NCBI RefSeq assembly: GCF_009914755.1
Contig: NC_060927.1
Length of the DNA: 64,000 nt
From: the human T2T-CHM13v2.0 reference genome, Homo sapiens
Reading direction: 5' to 3' (one strand)
Shown here: one piece after another, positions 13,791 through 32,225 of the stretch
Layout of the letters: every line of letters starts with the position of its first letter
How positions within the stretch are numbered: the stretch's first letter is position 1
Program-made: the position numbers and the translations under genes
Notes under the pieces: generated by a model
Database searches by the model: none
What the model saw: only the letters and a program-made list of their open reading frames with translations
Told to the model about the DNA's origin: nothing

Positions 13791-14136
13791 CTTAGTTTTA
13801 TTTTATTCATACATTCTTCAGTATATATCTCTACAGATAAGAACAACAAAAAAGCAACCACAATTCCATTATTACATCTAATAAAATCAATATAATTCCT
13901 GAATATCATTTTACATTTAATTCATTTTCCTTTTCTCCCACCTCAGCCTCCCAAGTAACTGGTACTATAGGCTTGTGCCACCACGATTAAATTCTCTGAG
14001 ATTTACTAGATTTTATTTATCCCTATATCTCATGACTACGTTTAGAATAAAATTTGTATTGGTGACTAAAAATATGTATTAGCATTCTCTATATATTAGC
14101 AGTAAGCCATCTCTCCACCTTCACTTAAACAGACAG

Positions 14137-14515
<379 letters not shown>

Positions 14516-14837
14516 CAAAGTAAGTGTTTGTTCTTTGTAATGAACTACCTGGCCTATACACCTCTTGGGTCCATCCCCTACTCAATCTTCATTTTAAAAG
14601 GGTTTCTGTGGACTGCAGCTACATAGCCTTCTTAATGCAGAAAACTGAATGTACCTGATGATGCAAATCACAGTATTAGTCTGTAACATAAACTGCCATT
14701 CGCTGTTATAGACAGCTCAAGAAAAAGAAAACCTCATGAATCCGGAAACAAAGGCCCCTGCCCTAACCACCCCCATACCCTCCAACAACTGTCAACCCTG
14801 TAGATGTTACACTCAAAAAAACAAACAAAAAAAGAAG

Positions 14838-15136
<299 letters not shown>

Positions 15137-15399
15137 TTAGCAGTTGGACTTCATTCTGTGTCCTCTGAAGAGGACCTGATGGAAAAGAGGTTATTCAAAT
15201 GGGCCATTTCCAACCCTGTCTATACTTTAGAAACACTAAGGGTTCAAGAGAACTAAACAAAAATTCTATTTCAGGCCCACCCCAGTCCTCACATGCCCCA
15301 AGATACTTTTGGACAAACTTCACTTTTATTTGTTTATTTATTTGGCTTAAGGAATTGCAGGAAGTCTTATACTTCCTACTTTTTGGAAAAATAAATGCC

Positions 15400-16140
15400 A
15401 TAATTCTAAACTAAGTTTTATTTGGATTGCAGATTTAAGTGTCAAAAAAACAAACTACGGAAGACAAAGGGAAGAAAATAGAAGCAAATATTAATCAAAT
15501 TTCAGGACAGGAAATATATTTGTAAGCTTTGAAGTGAAAACCAAAAAGAAAGAAAAACAAAAGAAAAAAGGAAGAAACCACAAAAGAAAAGACCGATGAA
15601 TTTGAGTAAATACAAATTTAAAACTTCTTCACTACAACAAAAACGATGGAAATAAAATAACCAAAATGAAAAAGCAGAGACCAGAATGAGGATGATGAGG
15701 TGGAGACACAAGGCTGCTGTTACCACAGACAGAATAGTAACATCTTTGTTACATAAAGAATTTATAAAAATTGGTTTAAGAAATTAAGGCTTGAGTAAGT
15801 AAGTAAGCCAGCATCTGTGCTCACAAATTACACAAGTGGAAACATTGTTATAAACAAACGTGGCAAAAGATTAAAGCCTGCTATAATCACATAAATACAA
15901 ATTAAAACAAAGAAAAAATATGATTTTTGCTCATCAGAATGGCAAAATCTAAAATAATCACTTCTAATCTTGGTGACAATGCAAGGGACAGATAATGATA
16001 GACAGTGCTTATTCACCATGCAAATCTTGGAAAGCACTTTGTCAACTTGACTTAAAAGCCATACAAATATTGTTATACTTTGAGCCAGTTATTCCACATC
16101 TGGGAATTTATCCTAGGGAAATAATCTAAAAGAAGGAAGA
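15400..16140 (+). mobile_element. Old L1ME-like ORF2 remnant
   Basis: Degenerate A-rich sequence collinear with the L1 ORF2 3' region. Confidence 0.5.
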
Positions 16141-16499
16141 AATTCTTCTTGGTGATGTCACTGAGTGTTACTGATATCTCAGAGGGTTCTTAATGGTCTG
16201 GCTGTAGGTCCGCAATGCTTCTAGCAGGTCTGGGATCAGGGAGTGGAGAGCGAGGCAAAATTGGTGCCTGCCTTCCCCAGGAAATCATCCTGCCATTTGG
16301 CCTTGTTCAGATGCTTGGAGCTGGCTTATATTTGATCTCTTCGTCTTGTGTAAGCCAGGCCTCATTTGAGTTCTGCAAGCTCTGGGAGGTGGAACGGGTG
16401 AGTAGATAATCATCTATCTCTGAACAGACCTCTCACCTTTGGGGAAGATATGTCTCCTCACTCCTTCCCCAGAATTGTGCCTGGGAAGAGACATTAAGT

Positions 16500-16870
16500 T
16501 TTTACAGAATAACTATATGCCCTCCACCTCTCCTAGGCCTCTGGAAACTGTGTGAAGCCATGTGACTGATTCTAGTCAATGAACTGTGAGTGAAAGTGAT
16601 GGCCTTCACTTCTGGCCTGATGCCTTTAAGAACCAGTATGTCCCTTCATCTTTCTCTTTTCCTGCTCTGAAGGGGTGATCAGATGATGCAATCACACTTC
16701 AGAAAAGCCTCCATCAGCCTGGATCTCTGAGACACTGAACTGCAGAGCCCCTCCCAATTCATTTTGGAAATGTGGCACGAGTAAGAAGTAAAGTTCTGTT
16801 TTATGTGACAGATTTGGGGGCTGTCTGCTACCAAAGCAAAGCCTGTCCTCTCTTCTCCTGGCTAATACAC
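16500..16870 (+). mobile_element. Old MLT1-family LTR
   Basis: 'gccatgtgactgattctagtcaatgaactgtgagtgaaagtga', end 'ggctaataca'. Confidence 0.6.
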
Positions 16871-17353
16871 GCTGTTGAACTGGTGATTCTCTGCAGGGAA
16901 CATGAGCCTGTGAAGGGACAGAAGGGAGACGTTTTGTGGCATTTGCTCTTGGCTGTCAGAGTCCTCCCAAATTACCCCTCCTTCAGTCTTGGCCTATTCA
17001 GAAAATAAAGTTATATTTTTAGAAATATTACTCTTTTACTTAAAAAATGTAAAACACCAGTAGAAAAAGAGATGGGGAGAGAGGGAGGAAGAGAAAAAGG
17101 TAGGGAGAGATGGGAAAGAGGTGGAGCTGAGCCAATCAGATTACCACTGTCTTTAAAAGCACCTCTGAAAAGCCCTAGTGAGGCCTGGGATGGTGGCCAA
17201 ATGGGGCCTTGAGCAAGAAGAGTAAGTGGAGAAAGATCAGAGCAAGGCTGCCAAGGAAGAAAAACAAAAGCAAAACACGCCCTTGTTTCTGAACTTCCCT
17301 GGCTGTCCTTCCTGTCCTGGGTTTCATCATTGGTTCAAAAAATATTTCAACAA

Positions 17354-18276
<923 letters not shown>

Positions 18277-18775
18277 TCAACAAATATCTATTGAGCATCT
18301 GCTATGTGCCAAGCAGGGTCTGATGCTGGAGATTTGGCTTGAACAAAACATAGTACCTGCCCTCATGGACCATACTTTTTAGCGGAGAGACAGAGAGCAA
18401 ACCAGTCTGTATGTATAATGTGTTATGCTAGAAGGTGGCACACATGTTATGGAGTAAAAGCAGGGAGAGGGGATAGAAGATAGAAGATAGGGTAACTGCA
18501 GTTTTTAAAAAGCTTTCAGAGAAGGCCTTCCTGAGAAAGTAATATTGTCTGAGCAAGACCTGCAGAAGGAGAAGGAGCTAGTAATGTGGTTCTCTGGTAA
18601 CAGTGCCAGGAGTGATAGGAAGCCAGGGTGGCTGGATTGAGTGGACAAGGGAGAGCGTAGTAGGAGATGAGAGCCTAGAGGCGCTGAGGAAGGCAGATCT
18701 CTGGAACGACTTTGGCTTTATCAGCACTTTGAGCAAAGATGGGAAGTTATTGGCAGATTTTGAGCGGAGGAGTGA

Positions 18776-19091
<316 letters not shown>

Positions 19092-19132
19092 CTAATTTGT
19101 ATTTTAAAAGAATAACTCTGGTTGCTGAAGAA

Positions 19133-19322
19133 TAGGGTTGCCAGAGCCAGCAAATAAAACTACATGGTGTTGAGTGAAATTTGAATTTCAGATAAATGCA
19201 TACTTTTTTTAGTATAAGTATAGCCCATGCAATGTTTGTGACATATTTATACTAAAAAGTATTCATTGTTTATCTAAAATGCAAATTTAACTGAGTGTTC
19301 TGTATTTTATTGGCAATCTGTA
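19133..19322. mobile_element. MER53 palindromic hAT MITE
   Basis: 'tagggttgccaga...gcaaataaaa...tttgaatttcagataaa' with inverted second half ending 'tggcaatctgta'. Confidence 0.8.
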
Positions 19323-20324
19323 CCTGGAAAAAGATTAAGGGAATAAAGGTGAAAGAAGGAAGATCAGCTGGGGATATTGCAATAAACCAGGTGAGAGATG
19401 AAGACAGTTCAGACCAGGGAGGTAGACGGAAGGTGGCAAGAAATGGTTGAATTTTGGATATACGAGATCAAGTGTGTAATCACTCTCTCTCTCTCAAGCC
19501 TTTTGTGTGAGCCAGTTTGATTCATTTTACCACCAAAAATAGAGGAAAGGGGTGGTGGTCAATGGGGAGGATGTGGGTGTAGGCCTTCTGGCATATGAGA
19601 AGTTTGTGGGTTACACCACAAGTTTCATACCGTGTTAGAGAATACTTGAGAATAGAATTAGTCACTCAAAGGTAGAAAAAAGCCCAAGGTCAGGTGACAG
19701 TGCAGACAGAGCTCCTCTTCTACTCACTCGGGGACATGGGGATCAGACTCTGGGATGTAGCAGTAAAAACTTTGGCTGTGACACTTTCTTTTTGGTGTCT
19801 TCCCCTTTAGCTGGATGCCAGCAGACATCTGCTGGATGGAGGAAGAGTAGGAGAGAGCCTGTTGAGGGAATGTTGACTTGTGACTTGGTCTTTGCATTTA
19901 GATCTTTTTTTCTGAGCCAATGTGCTGAAAATTCTTACAGGGCAGAATCAACATCTTATAGGTTGCTGGAATTGAAGAGAGGTAGGAGCTCCTGTAGGAA
20001 TGTGCTAAGTGCCAGCAGGTGTGTTGCTCACGAGCCAGATTTAGACATTATCACCCCTTTTTCAAGGATGAGAGTTTGGTGCAGAAAGTTCTGGCAACCT
20101 TCTCAGGGTTACTTTGGAGAACTTGTTTGAGTTCCCATCATTATCACTTGTCTAAGTCAAACAAACATCCCTTGAGTGCTAAAGACCTGAGAACCTGAAA
20201 GGAGAAGATAAGACAGCTGTACAGTTTTTATTCTATGAAGAGTTTAAAACCAAGTGTTTGGTCAAAAGAGACCCACAAAAACATAATCCTTACCAGAAGA
20301 CTTTCCTCTCTGTATGCCTCCTGC

Positions 20325-20710
20325 CTCATTCATTCAATTATTTAGCAAAAATGTATTGAGCACCTTTTATATAGCAGGTTCTAGACTAGGCCAAGGATAC
20401 ACTGGTGAGCAAAAGATGGACTGTAAAGTCGAGGTTGGAAGAAAGAGGTAACCAGGTTAAGGATGAGGGATAAGGAAGATGTTCCAGAAGGAAAGCTTGT
20501 GCAAATGTCCTGTGGCAGAAGGGAAGGTAGATGATACCAGGGGATGAACAGAGAACAGAAGGGAGACATGGAGATGCCAGAAAGCTATGCGAGAGTGTCT
20601 GGCAGGTCATATTAAGGATTTTAATTTTCATCCCAAGTGCAAGGGGATGTTGTGGAAATACTTTAAGTAAGACTATGACAGGACCAGATATACATTTTGA
20701 AAAGATAAAA
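20325..20710 (+). mobile_element. L2 fragment
   Basis: 'cattcattcaattatttagcaaaaatgtattgagcacc' L2 terminal motif. Confidence 0.55.
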
Positions 20711-20712
20711 TC

Positions 20713-22214
20713 CAAATATCTTATATAGAAAACCCTAATGATTCCACCAAAAAAACTGTTAGAACTAATAACTAAATTCAGTAAAGTTGCAGGATATAAA
20801 AGCAACATATGAAAATCAGTATTATTTTAATACACCAACAATAAACTATCCAAAAAAAAAGAGATATCAAGAAAACAATCTCATTTACAATAGCTACAAA
20901 AAATATTTAGGAATCAATTTAATCAAGGAGATAAAACACTTGTACACCAAAAACTATAAAACAATGAAAGAAATTGAAGACACAAATAAATGTAAAGATA
21001 TCTTGTGTTAATGGATTGGAAGAATTAATATTGTTAAAATGTCCAAAATGATCTATAGATTCAATGCAATCCCTACAAAAATTCCAATGACATTTTTCAC
21101 AGAAATAGAAAAAAATTTCTAAAATTTGTGTAGAACCACAGAAGACTCCAAATAGCCAAAGTAATCTTGAGCTAAAAGAACAAGGCTGGAAGCATTACAC
21201 TACCTGACTTCAAAATATACTACAAAGCTATAGTAATCAAAACAGCATGGTATTGGCATACACACAGACACATAGACCAATGGAACAGATTAGAGAGCCT
21301 GAAAACAAATCTACACATTTGTGATTAATTGATTTTTGACAAAGATCAAACAATGGGGAAAGGACAGTCTCTTTAGTAAATAGTGTTAGGGCAACTGCGT
21401 ATCTACAAAGAGAAGAATCTCACACCATATGCAAAAATCAACTCAAAATGGATTAAAGACTTAAATATAAGACATGAAACAGCAAAACTACTGAAGAAAA
21501 CATACAGGAGGAGCTTCATGACATTGGTCTGGGCAATGATTTTTTGGATATAACTCCAAAGCATAGGCAGCAACAGCAAGAATAGACACATGGGATTCTA
21601 TCAAACTGAAAAGCTTCTGTACAGCCAAGGAAACAACCAGCAGAGTGAAGAAACAATCTACAGAATGGGAGACAATATTTGCAAACCATACATCTAATAA
21701 GAGGTTAATATCCAAAATATGTAAGAAACTCAAATAACTTAGTAAGAAAACAAAGAGCAAGGGATTTGAATAGACATTTCTCAAAAGAAGACATACAAAT
21801 GACCAATATGTATATGAAAAAAATTCTCAACATCACTAATCATCAGAGAAATGTAAATTAAAACCACCACAATGAGATATCACTTCACACCAGTTAAACT
21901 GGCTATTATCAAAAGGACAAAAGATAACAAGGGTTGGGGAGGATGTGGGGTAAAGGGAACACTTGCTCACAGATGGTGGGAATGTAAATTAATGTGGCCA
22001 TTATGGAAAACAGTATGGAGGTTCCTCAAAACTTAAAAATATAACTACTATCTGATCCAGCAATCCCACTACTGGGTATATATCCAAAGGAAATGAAATC
22101 AGTATGCTGGAGAGATATCTGGACTCCCATGTTTATTGCAGCACTATTCACAACAGGCAAAATTTGGAAGCAACCTAAGTGTCCATCAACAGATGAATGG
22201 ATAAAGAAAAAGTG

Positions 22215-22216
<2 letters not shown>
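20713..22216 (+). mobile_element. LINE-1 ORF2 remnant (L1MA/L1MB-type)
   Basis: 'ttcagtaaagttgcaggatataaaa', 'ctacctgacttcaaaatatactacaaagctatagtaatcaaaacagcatgg'; frameshifted. Confidence 0.9.

Positions 22217-22248
<32 letters not shown>
22217..22248. repeat. (TA)n microsatellite
   Basis: About 16 TA units. Confidence 0.95.
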
Positions 22249-22251
<3 letters not shown>

Positions 22252-22304
22252 AAAAAAATCATAACCAAATGAAAATAGAAAAAATGACTTTGCTAATATG
22301 CAAT

Positions 22305-22614
<310 letters not shown>

Positions 22615-22844
22615 CCTGCAATTTTAAAAAAATGAAAACAAAAACAGAAAGCCCAGGTGTCTATCACTAGAGGACTGGTTAGACCAATTAGATTATACAC
22701 ATATGGGGAATAGCAGGTATCTGTTCAAAAGAATGAATATAACCTAATAGCACGATCTCTAAGAAATATTGTTTTAAAAATATAAGGTACAGAACAGTGT
22801 GTACTGTATACTATCATTTGTGCAGGAAATGCGTGTATATAAAT

Positions 22845-23537
22845 ACTCAATTCTCATTATTTGCAGTAGTTATAGTCTAATACTGCTCAAAACACTGAAT
22901 TAGTGAATACTGAAACATTTGCTCCTGAGAGAAATACAGGGTTAGGTTTCTACGACCCTGTGGTCACAACACTTTTGTAAACCCATCAATACATAACCAT
23001 GTTCTATGCGTGTATTGTTTATCCAATACATTTAATACATAATATATTATTCATTTAATAAATATTAAAATATATTGTTGATTCATTGACAATATGTTTA
23101 AACTCATTGCCAACACTGAACTCATGGCCAGCAGCACCATAACTCATGCCTGAATGAAGCTCATCTAACACATACATTTTCTCCTAAGGCACATCACGGC
23201 CTTCTTCTGCTTAGGAATGCTAGACAACATTTCAGCACTATGCTTGGGGACCATTTTAAACAGCAAAATATCAACCAAAGGCACAAAAATGTGAAAAATT
23301 GGTGCTAAACAGACCATAGAAAGGATAGTTTTTTATAGTATGAGAGCCGAACCAAGAAGGCAGAGTATTTCCTGGTTAGACCTCAGTTGGTAACATGTAC
23401 ATTGGGTGACTCAAATTTTTTTTCCAGCTCTACACATGTTTGCAAATGGCTATGAGTACTGGTTTTGGGGTTACAAAAAAACTTTAGTGATTAGGCGAAT
23501 TTGCAAATGCAGAATCTGTGAATAAAGAAGATTAACT
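22845..23537 (+). mobile_element. MER82 (TcMar-Tigger) element
   Basis: 'aacactgaattagtgaatactgaa...gaaatacagggttaggtt'; degenerate TIRs. Confidence 0.75.
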
Positions 23538-25167
23538 TTTTTTTTTCCTGGAAGTAATATTAAACATGACTTGCAAAAATAAAAGTAGTACAAGAATACT
23601 TATCAACCCTTTGTCCATATTCACCTATTGTTAACATTTTGCCCCATTTGCTTTCTCTTTTGTGTCCTTCTTCCTCTTCCAGTGTACAAACACACAGACA
23701 CACACACACACATTTTTTCTTGAACGACATGAGGGTAAGTTATATACATCAGGGCCCTTTACCTCTAAATAAGTCAGTATTTATTTTTAAAAAAGAAAGA
23801 CACAAACAAACAAACAAAAAGGATAGCCCTTATATAACCATAGTAGACTTATCAATTTCGATAAATTTTTTTTATGTGTCCCCCGCTTCAACTTTGGTAA
23901 ATTTAACATGGATGCAGTACTTTAATCTACCATTTCCCTTAATTTCAGAACACATCCACAGCCTTTCTTTGTCTTTTGTGATATTGATTACTGATGCTTT
24001 CAGATAATACCATTATTCCTCTAACGCATGCTTTAAAAAATAGAATATTTCTTATTTTGGGTTTTTCTGATACTTCCTCATGGTTAGATTCAGGTTATGC
24101 ATTCTCCCCTGGAATACTACACAGATGATGATATAAAATGTATTTGCTTTAAAACATATGGAGTATCTATGAACAACAAAGAAACTCATAACAGGGATTA
24201 TCTTTGGGGAAGACAGCTGGGAGCCTGGAGGAGAGAAGAGAGAAGGAGAGCTATTTTTCACTGTGTACCCTTATATACCCATAGAATTGTGGACTGTGTG
24301 TGTATAGTACTTACTCAAAAACAAAATTTAAAAAAATTTTGTAAGGTAGGTGAGTCTGGTATTATTGCCCCCATTTTCCACACGGCGCAACAGGCTCCAA
24401 GGATAAATGTGAAGCAGGAAGGCCTCCACTCCAGGCCTGTGGCTCCCTGGCCAGTGCAAGCCCTGCTGTCACTCAAACTCCTCCTCTGAAATTGGGTGTG
24501 TGCAGGTTGCAGTGAGTACTCAGAGGAGGGAAAAGTGAAAGTGGGGGTGTCAGGGAAGGCTTCCTGGGAGAAGAGAGCCTGAACTAACTGTAGAAAGGCG
24601 AGAAGTTAGCCAGATGTCCAAGGGTTACAAGAGTAGGGGTGGAATGAGGGAAGCAGGAACAGGAAGAATGATATTTCAGACAGAAAGTGATTTGGATCTG
24701 AGGATAGCAGGTGTGCAAATGTGCATGCCCCATTCAGATCTGCCAGGAAGATTAGGATCTTCTTTACCAGCCCCACACTATTGTGTACTGGGGAAGCCAA
24801 GGTTTGCCTTGAACAATACACACGTCTTTTCTCCTTTCAGTCTCCTTTCAGACTGAATACTCAGACCTTTTGGAGTTGAACTCCCTCATGTGGCTGCTTT
24901 CCATAGACTCAGAAAATTCAGTGTCTCCAAGATCTGTCTTTCTGAGCTCTGTCTGATCTCCCTTCTTCTCCCCAAGATGCCTTCTGTGTATCTGGGTAAA
25001 TGAGGGCCCTTACTGTATCCCTGAAGTTGGGTGGTGGGTGGGGGGGCCTTCATATACCTGGGTCCTCTGGCCCTTTGCTGTTCCCACTGAAGAGAGGGGC
25101 ATCTGCTCCTGGCAGTGGACCTGAGAGGTATGACTGTTCCATGTGGCATCCTGCGATAATGTGCTGC

Positions 25168-25776
<609 letters not shown>

Positions 25777-25899
25777 TGCACTGGCTCCTCTGCTGGAGCA
25801 GCCAAGTCCCTGCAAGTGGGCACTTCTGGCCATCCCTGGGACTCCGCCACTCCACAGGCCCTCTCAGCAACAGAGACAGTTGTCCTTCTGTATCTGTCC

Positions 25900-26640
<741 letters not shown>

Positions 26641-26830
26641 GCACCTTTGTGTCCCCTTTGCATGGGACATAGGAAATTCTGGATCCCCCTCAAGCTACTT
26701 GGAGGCCATGGGGAGCCAGGAATGTGACCTCTGGCTCAAATATCCTGCTACGCAGCTGCCTCCAAGTGTGGCTGCAGAGCGGATTTCTGTGCCATATCTG
26801 AAGTGTCCTCCTGTGGAATTTGTCTTAGAC

Positions 26831-27327
<497 letters not shown>

Positions 27328-27454
27328 TTAGCAGATTTCCCCATCTAAGAATGCCACTAGCTTCCCCACAACCCATCTAGGCCTGAGGGTCTCATCACCA
27401 GCTTCCACCACCTTCATCTCCGCACAATTCTTCAATTCTTCAGGTCTGACTTTC

Positions 27455-27693
27455 CCAGGACCATGCTGGCAAGTATTGAACAACTGGCTCCTCTATGGGG
27501 GGAAAAACAAAAAGCCGTAATGTAAATATTGTGTAAATATTCCGAGTATGGTTAATTTCAAGCTAACAACATGATGTTAGCTTGAAACAACATCATGTTG
27601 TTAGCTTGAAATTAACCATAGTAAGAATGGTTGGGAAGCAATGAAGACACTCAGCTCTAAGGAGCAGTAAGACACAGCTCCCATACATCACTA
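27455..27693 (+). mobile_element. MER63-like hAT MITE carrying an internal perfect hairpin
   Basis: 'tgctggcaagtattgaacaactggctc', 'atttcaagctaacaacatgatgt', 'gttgggaag'. Confidence 0.6.
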
Positions 27694-27793
27694 GAGCCAC
27701 TTACTTTGCATTAGGGCCTGGGTTCTTCTCAATTCTGCATTGAATGGAACCCTAAAATCTAATCAACCAGGCCTGGATTTTGATATGCGTATG

Positions 27794-28182
27794 TATAGTC
27801 TCCAACTTACAATTGTTCTAACTTAGAATTTTTCAACTTTATATGGTGTGAAAGTGACATGTAGGCAGTAGAAATCATACTTTGGATTTTGAATTTTGAT
27901 ATTTTCCAGGGTTAGCAATATGCTGTATGATACTCTCTTGCCATGCTGGGCAGCTGCCAGTCAGCCACATAATCAGCAGAGTAAACAACTGGTACTCTAC
28001 AGTGTACTGTGTTGCCCAACTGCAGGCTAATGTAAGGGGTCTGAGCACATTTAAGGTAGGCTAGGCTGAGCTATGATGTTCAGCAGGTTCGGTGTATTCA
28101 ATACTTTTTGACTTATAGTATTTTCAGCTTAGGATGGGTCTATCAGGATGTTAACCCCATCAAAAATTGAGAAGCATCTGTA
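27794..28182 (+). mobile_element. MER47/Tigger5-derived MITE
   Basis: 'ctgagcacatttaaggtaggctaggctgagctatgatgttc', TIR-like end 'gagaagcatctgta'. Confidence 0.75.
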
Positions 28183-28804
28183 CTAATTGCAGCTAAATGC
28201 ATTTACAGAATGTAACTCCCTGGCTGGCTGTCAGCACTATTTTTCCCTTTACTTCATCAATGTTTATAATATTTACATTCTGTTCTGTTCCTTTTGTTTT
28301 GTCTACAGATTGGGTCTAAGATATTAAACCCCATATAAATAACATTATTGTAACATGCAATTATGATTTTATATTGTATAATTATTTGCTGCAGGATCAA
28401 GTAGCATGGCTGCAGCTCTGAAGAAGAAAATGATCTTCAGTTATTAAGTATCTGCAGGCCAAAGGAGAATGTCCCACGTATCAAAATGTAAACTAGTAAA
28501 CTAGCTCATTTTGTTCCATGTTTATATTTCTTCGCATGCTCAGATTCTATTTCTTAAAAATCTCACTTACTCTTTTTGGAATTACTTTGTTTTAGTGAGA
28601 CATCTCCTTGAGTAATTTCTTCATATGCAGTGCATGAGTAGTAAATTTTCTGACTCCCTGAATTTCAGAAAATGTCTTTATTTTGTCTTTCCTTTGGGTG
28701 GTAATTCAGCTGACTATAGAATTCCAGATTCAAATTAATTTTCTTTCAAAACTTGGAAGATGCCGCTCTTTGTCTCATAGCATCTAATTGGTGTAAAAAT
28801 CTGA

Positions 28805-29203
<399 letters not shown>

Positions 29204-29391
29204 ACCCAAGTGCATTTAAATGTGATATTTCTTTACTCATCCTTATTGCCCTCAGTGGGTCCCTTAAAACAACTCAAACAAAACAAAATACTTATTTGGC
29301 TTAGTACCAAAAAATATTTCGAAGCAAACAAAGATGGCTCACAATACCACCAGCCAGATAACTCCAATTAACATTTTTAAAGCATAAAATA

Positions 29392-29488
29392 AGCCAGGTG
29401 TGGTGGCCCATGCCTGCAATCCCACCACTTTGGAAGTCTGAGGTGGAAGGATTGCTTAAGCCCAGGAGTTTGAGACCAGCCTGGGCAA
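29392..29488 (+). mobile_element. Truncated Alu left monomer/FLAM
   Basis: Alu 5' part ending abruptly at the LTR. Confidence 0.85.
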
Positions 29489-29943
29489 TTGAAGGATGAG
29501 AATGGGTGGAGAAGAACTTTATTGAACAACAGAACAGCTCTCAGCAGAGGGGGGATGCAGGGGGTAGTCCCCCACCCCCACAGTTAGGTGGTTTCTCTCC
29601 CTGTGTGGCTGGGTCCAGGGCTTTTCATGGACTCAGAATGGGGAACGTGTGCTGATTGGTTTGTGAGTATGCAAAAAAGGTTAAAGCAAGGATATCACTC
29701 AAGGGTGGGCACAACAGTGTAGAAAACCAATTAGGAAAGGGTAGGTATATGTCAAATAGGTGAAGGGAAGGGATCAATCAGGAAAGCATGTCAAACGGGA
29801 TGACAGGTTCTCAATCTGGTCTGTGGATTTGACTTGTAGCTTGACTTTCAGGCTTTAAACAGTTGTTTTTGGCTTGGAGGTGGGGTTTTACTGGGGATCC
29901 ATCCCTATCTGCCTAGGTTCTTGCCTGCCTCCTGCTGCTATCA
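29489..29943 (-). mobile_element. ERV1 LTR fragment, MER52-family-like
   Basis: 'ctttattgaacaacagaacagctctcag', 'gtgtgctgattgg', terminus 'ctgcctcctgctgctatca'. Confidence 0.65.
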
Positions 29944-30675
29944 ATTATAGATATCTTGACATACTTTAATGAGTTTATGCAAGGGATGAATTCCTAATAA
30001 TGACAGTGCTGGAATAAAGAGCAAGGGCATTTTAAATTCTGATTTTTTTTCTCACCAATTTGCCTTGCGCAAACTCAGCACCATTGCATTCTCAGTAACA
30101 GATTATCAAAGTGCTGATTCTCCATTTACTTATTAATATTGGGTAATTTCAAGGTTTCAAAGTTTTACCCATCTGGGTAGGTGAAAACATCGGTGTTTTA
30201 ATATGCATTTTTTTTTTTAGCTGTGTGTGTGGCTTATATTATTCCCTGTGTTTATTGGTCATCAGTGTTGGTATTTGTTTGTTTTTCTTGATTTCCCTAT
30301 TCATATTCTCACCTTCAATGGATCCTTTTCTCTGATCATCTGTGTCTTTCTTTGCCTTAGGAAAATGTCTTTTGGTTACTTCCTCAGTTGTTTCCTCCCC
30401 TCCTGGATCCAGACATCTGGGTCTAGATTTATTTTCATGTTATTTTATTTTATCCTATGTTTTCCATCTCTCAGTCTTTACACTCTGCCTTAAAGGAGAT
30501 ATTTTTCAACATTATCTCCCAGACATTCGGCTCTCTTTTCAAAAATTCTAGATTATTATTTTTGAAAATCAAAGTAGTACATGAGGATTGTTTTATGAGC
30601 AAAATATAGCTTATATAGTTTATAGTAAAAATCACACTGTCCCACAATTTCTTATTCCTGTTCCTCTCCCTAAAC

Positions 30676-30980
30676 TTTTTTTTTTCTTTTTTTTTTTTTG
30701 AGTTGGAGTCTTGCTCTGTTGCCCAGGCCGGAAAGCAGTGGTGCTATCTTGGCTCACTACACCTCCGCCTCCTTAGTTCAAGCGATTCTCCTGCCTTAGC
30801 CTCCCAAGTAGCTGGGACCACATGCGTGTGCCACCACACCTGGCTAATTTTTGTATTTTTAGTAGAGACGGGGTTTTACCATGTTGGCCAGGCTAGTCTC
30901 AAACTCCTGACCCCAGGTGATCCACCTGTCTCAGTCTCCCAAAGTGCTGGGATTACAGGCGTGAGCCACTGTGCCCAGCC
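30676..30980 (-). mobile_element. AluS
   Basis: TSD tccctaaactttt. Confidence 0.94.
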
Positions 30981-31613
30981 TCCCTAAACTTTTAAACTGT
31001 TATTTTCCTGGTACTTACTGCCGTACTTCTCAACTCTAGATGTTATCTTTTGATTTCCTATCATTGGAAGACAAAGATTCAGTGATAACACCACCACCAT
31101 GTCCCTACTATCATTTTCTGCATCCTGCTATGATAGTTATGTCCCAACTTTTTGTTAAATTGTTACTATTTTTTGGATAAACATGTGAGCTCAATTCATG
31201 GTTGAGTCCAAAAGTCCATTATGATTATGTCTCCCTTTATTTTTTCCTGGAGTTAATAGTTGTTTGTTTATTTATTGATTTGTCGCTTAGTTTTTATGTA
31301 CCTTCTAAACCCTCCTAATGGAAGTGAAAAACACTTTTGAATTTGGAAGAGCCCTTGTCCGTGAACTGGCTCCTTCCTTTGTTTCTCTCCTTCTTGAGGT
31401 ACAAGGACAGAGCCAAGAAAGACTGATTAGAGTGTTAGGCAGACAAGAGAGTCAGGAAAAGGGTGGAATGTTTCCAGGTGCCTGACAAGGAAAAGGGAAA
31501 ACAGATCCACAGGGATCTAGGGAGCTGGAGCTTTTGAAATCAGTTGTTTGACCTCAGAATGTCTCTACAGAAACAGCGTTTTCCATGGTGGGTGGTTCCC
31601 AGCTCGTCTCCTA

Positions 31614-32225
<612 letters not shown>

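Noticed and set aside
19133-19322. Long imperfect palindrome
   Set aside because: Intrinsic to the known MER53 MITE
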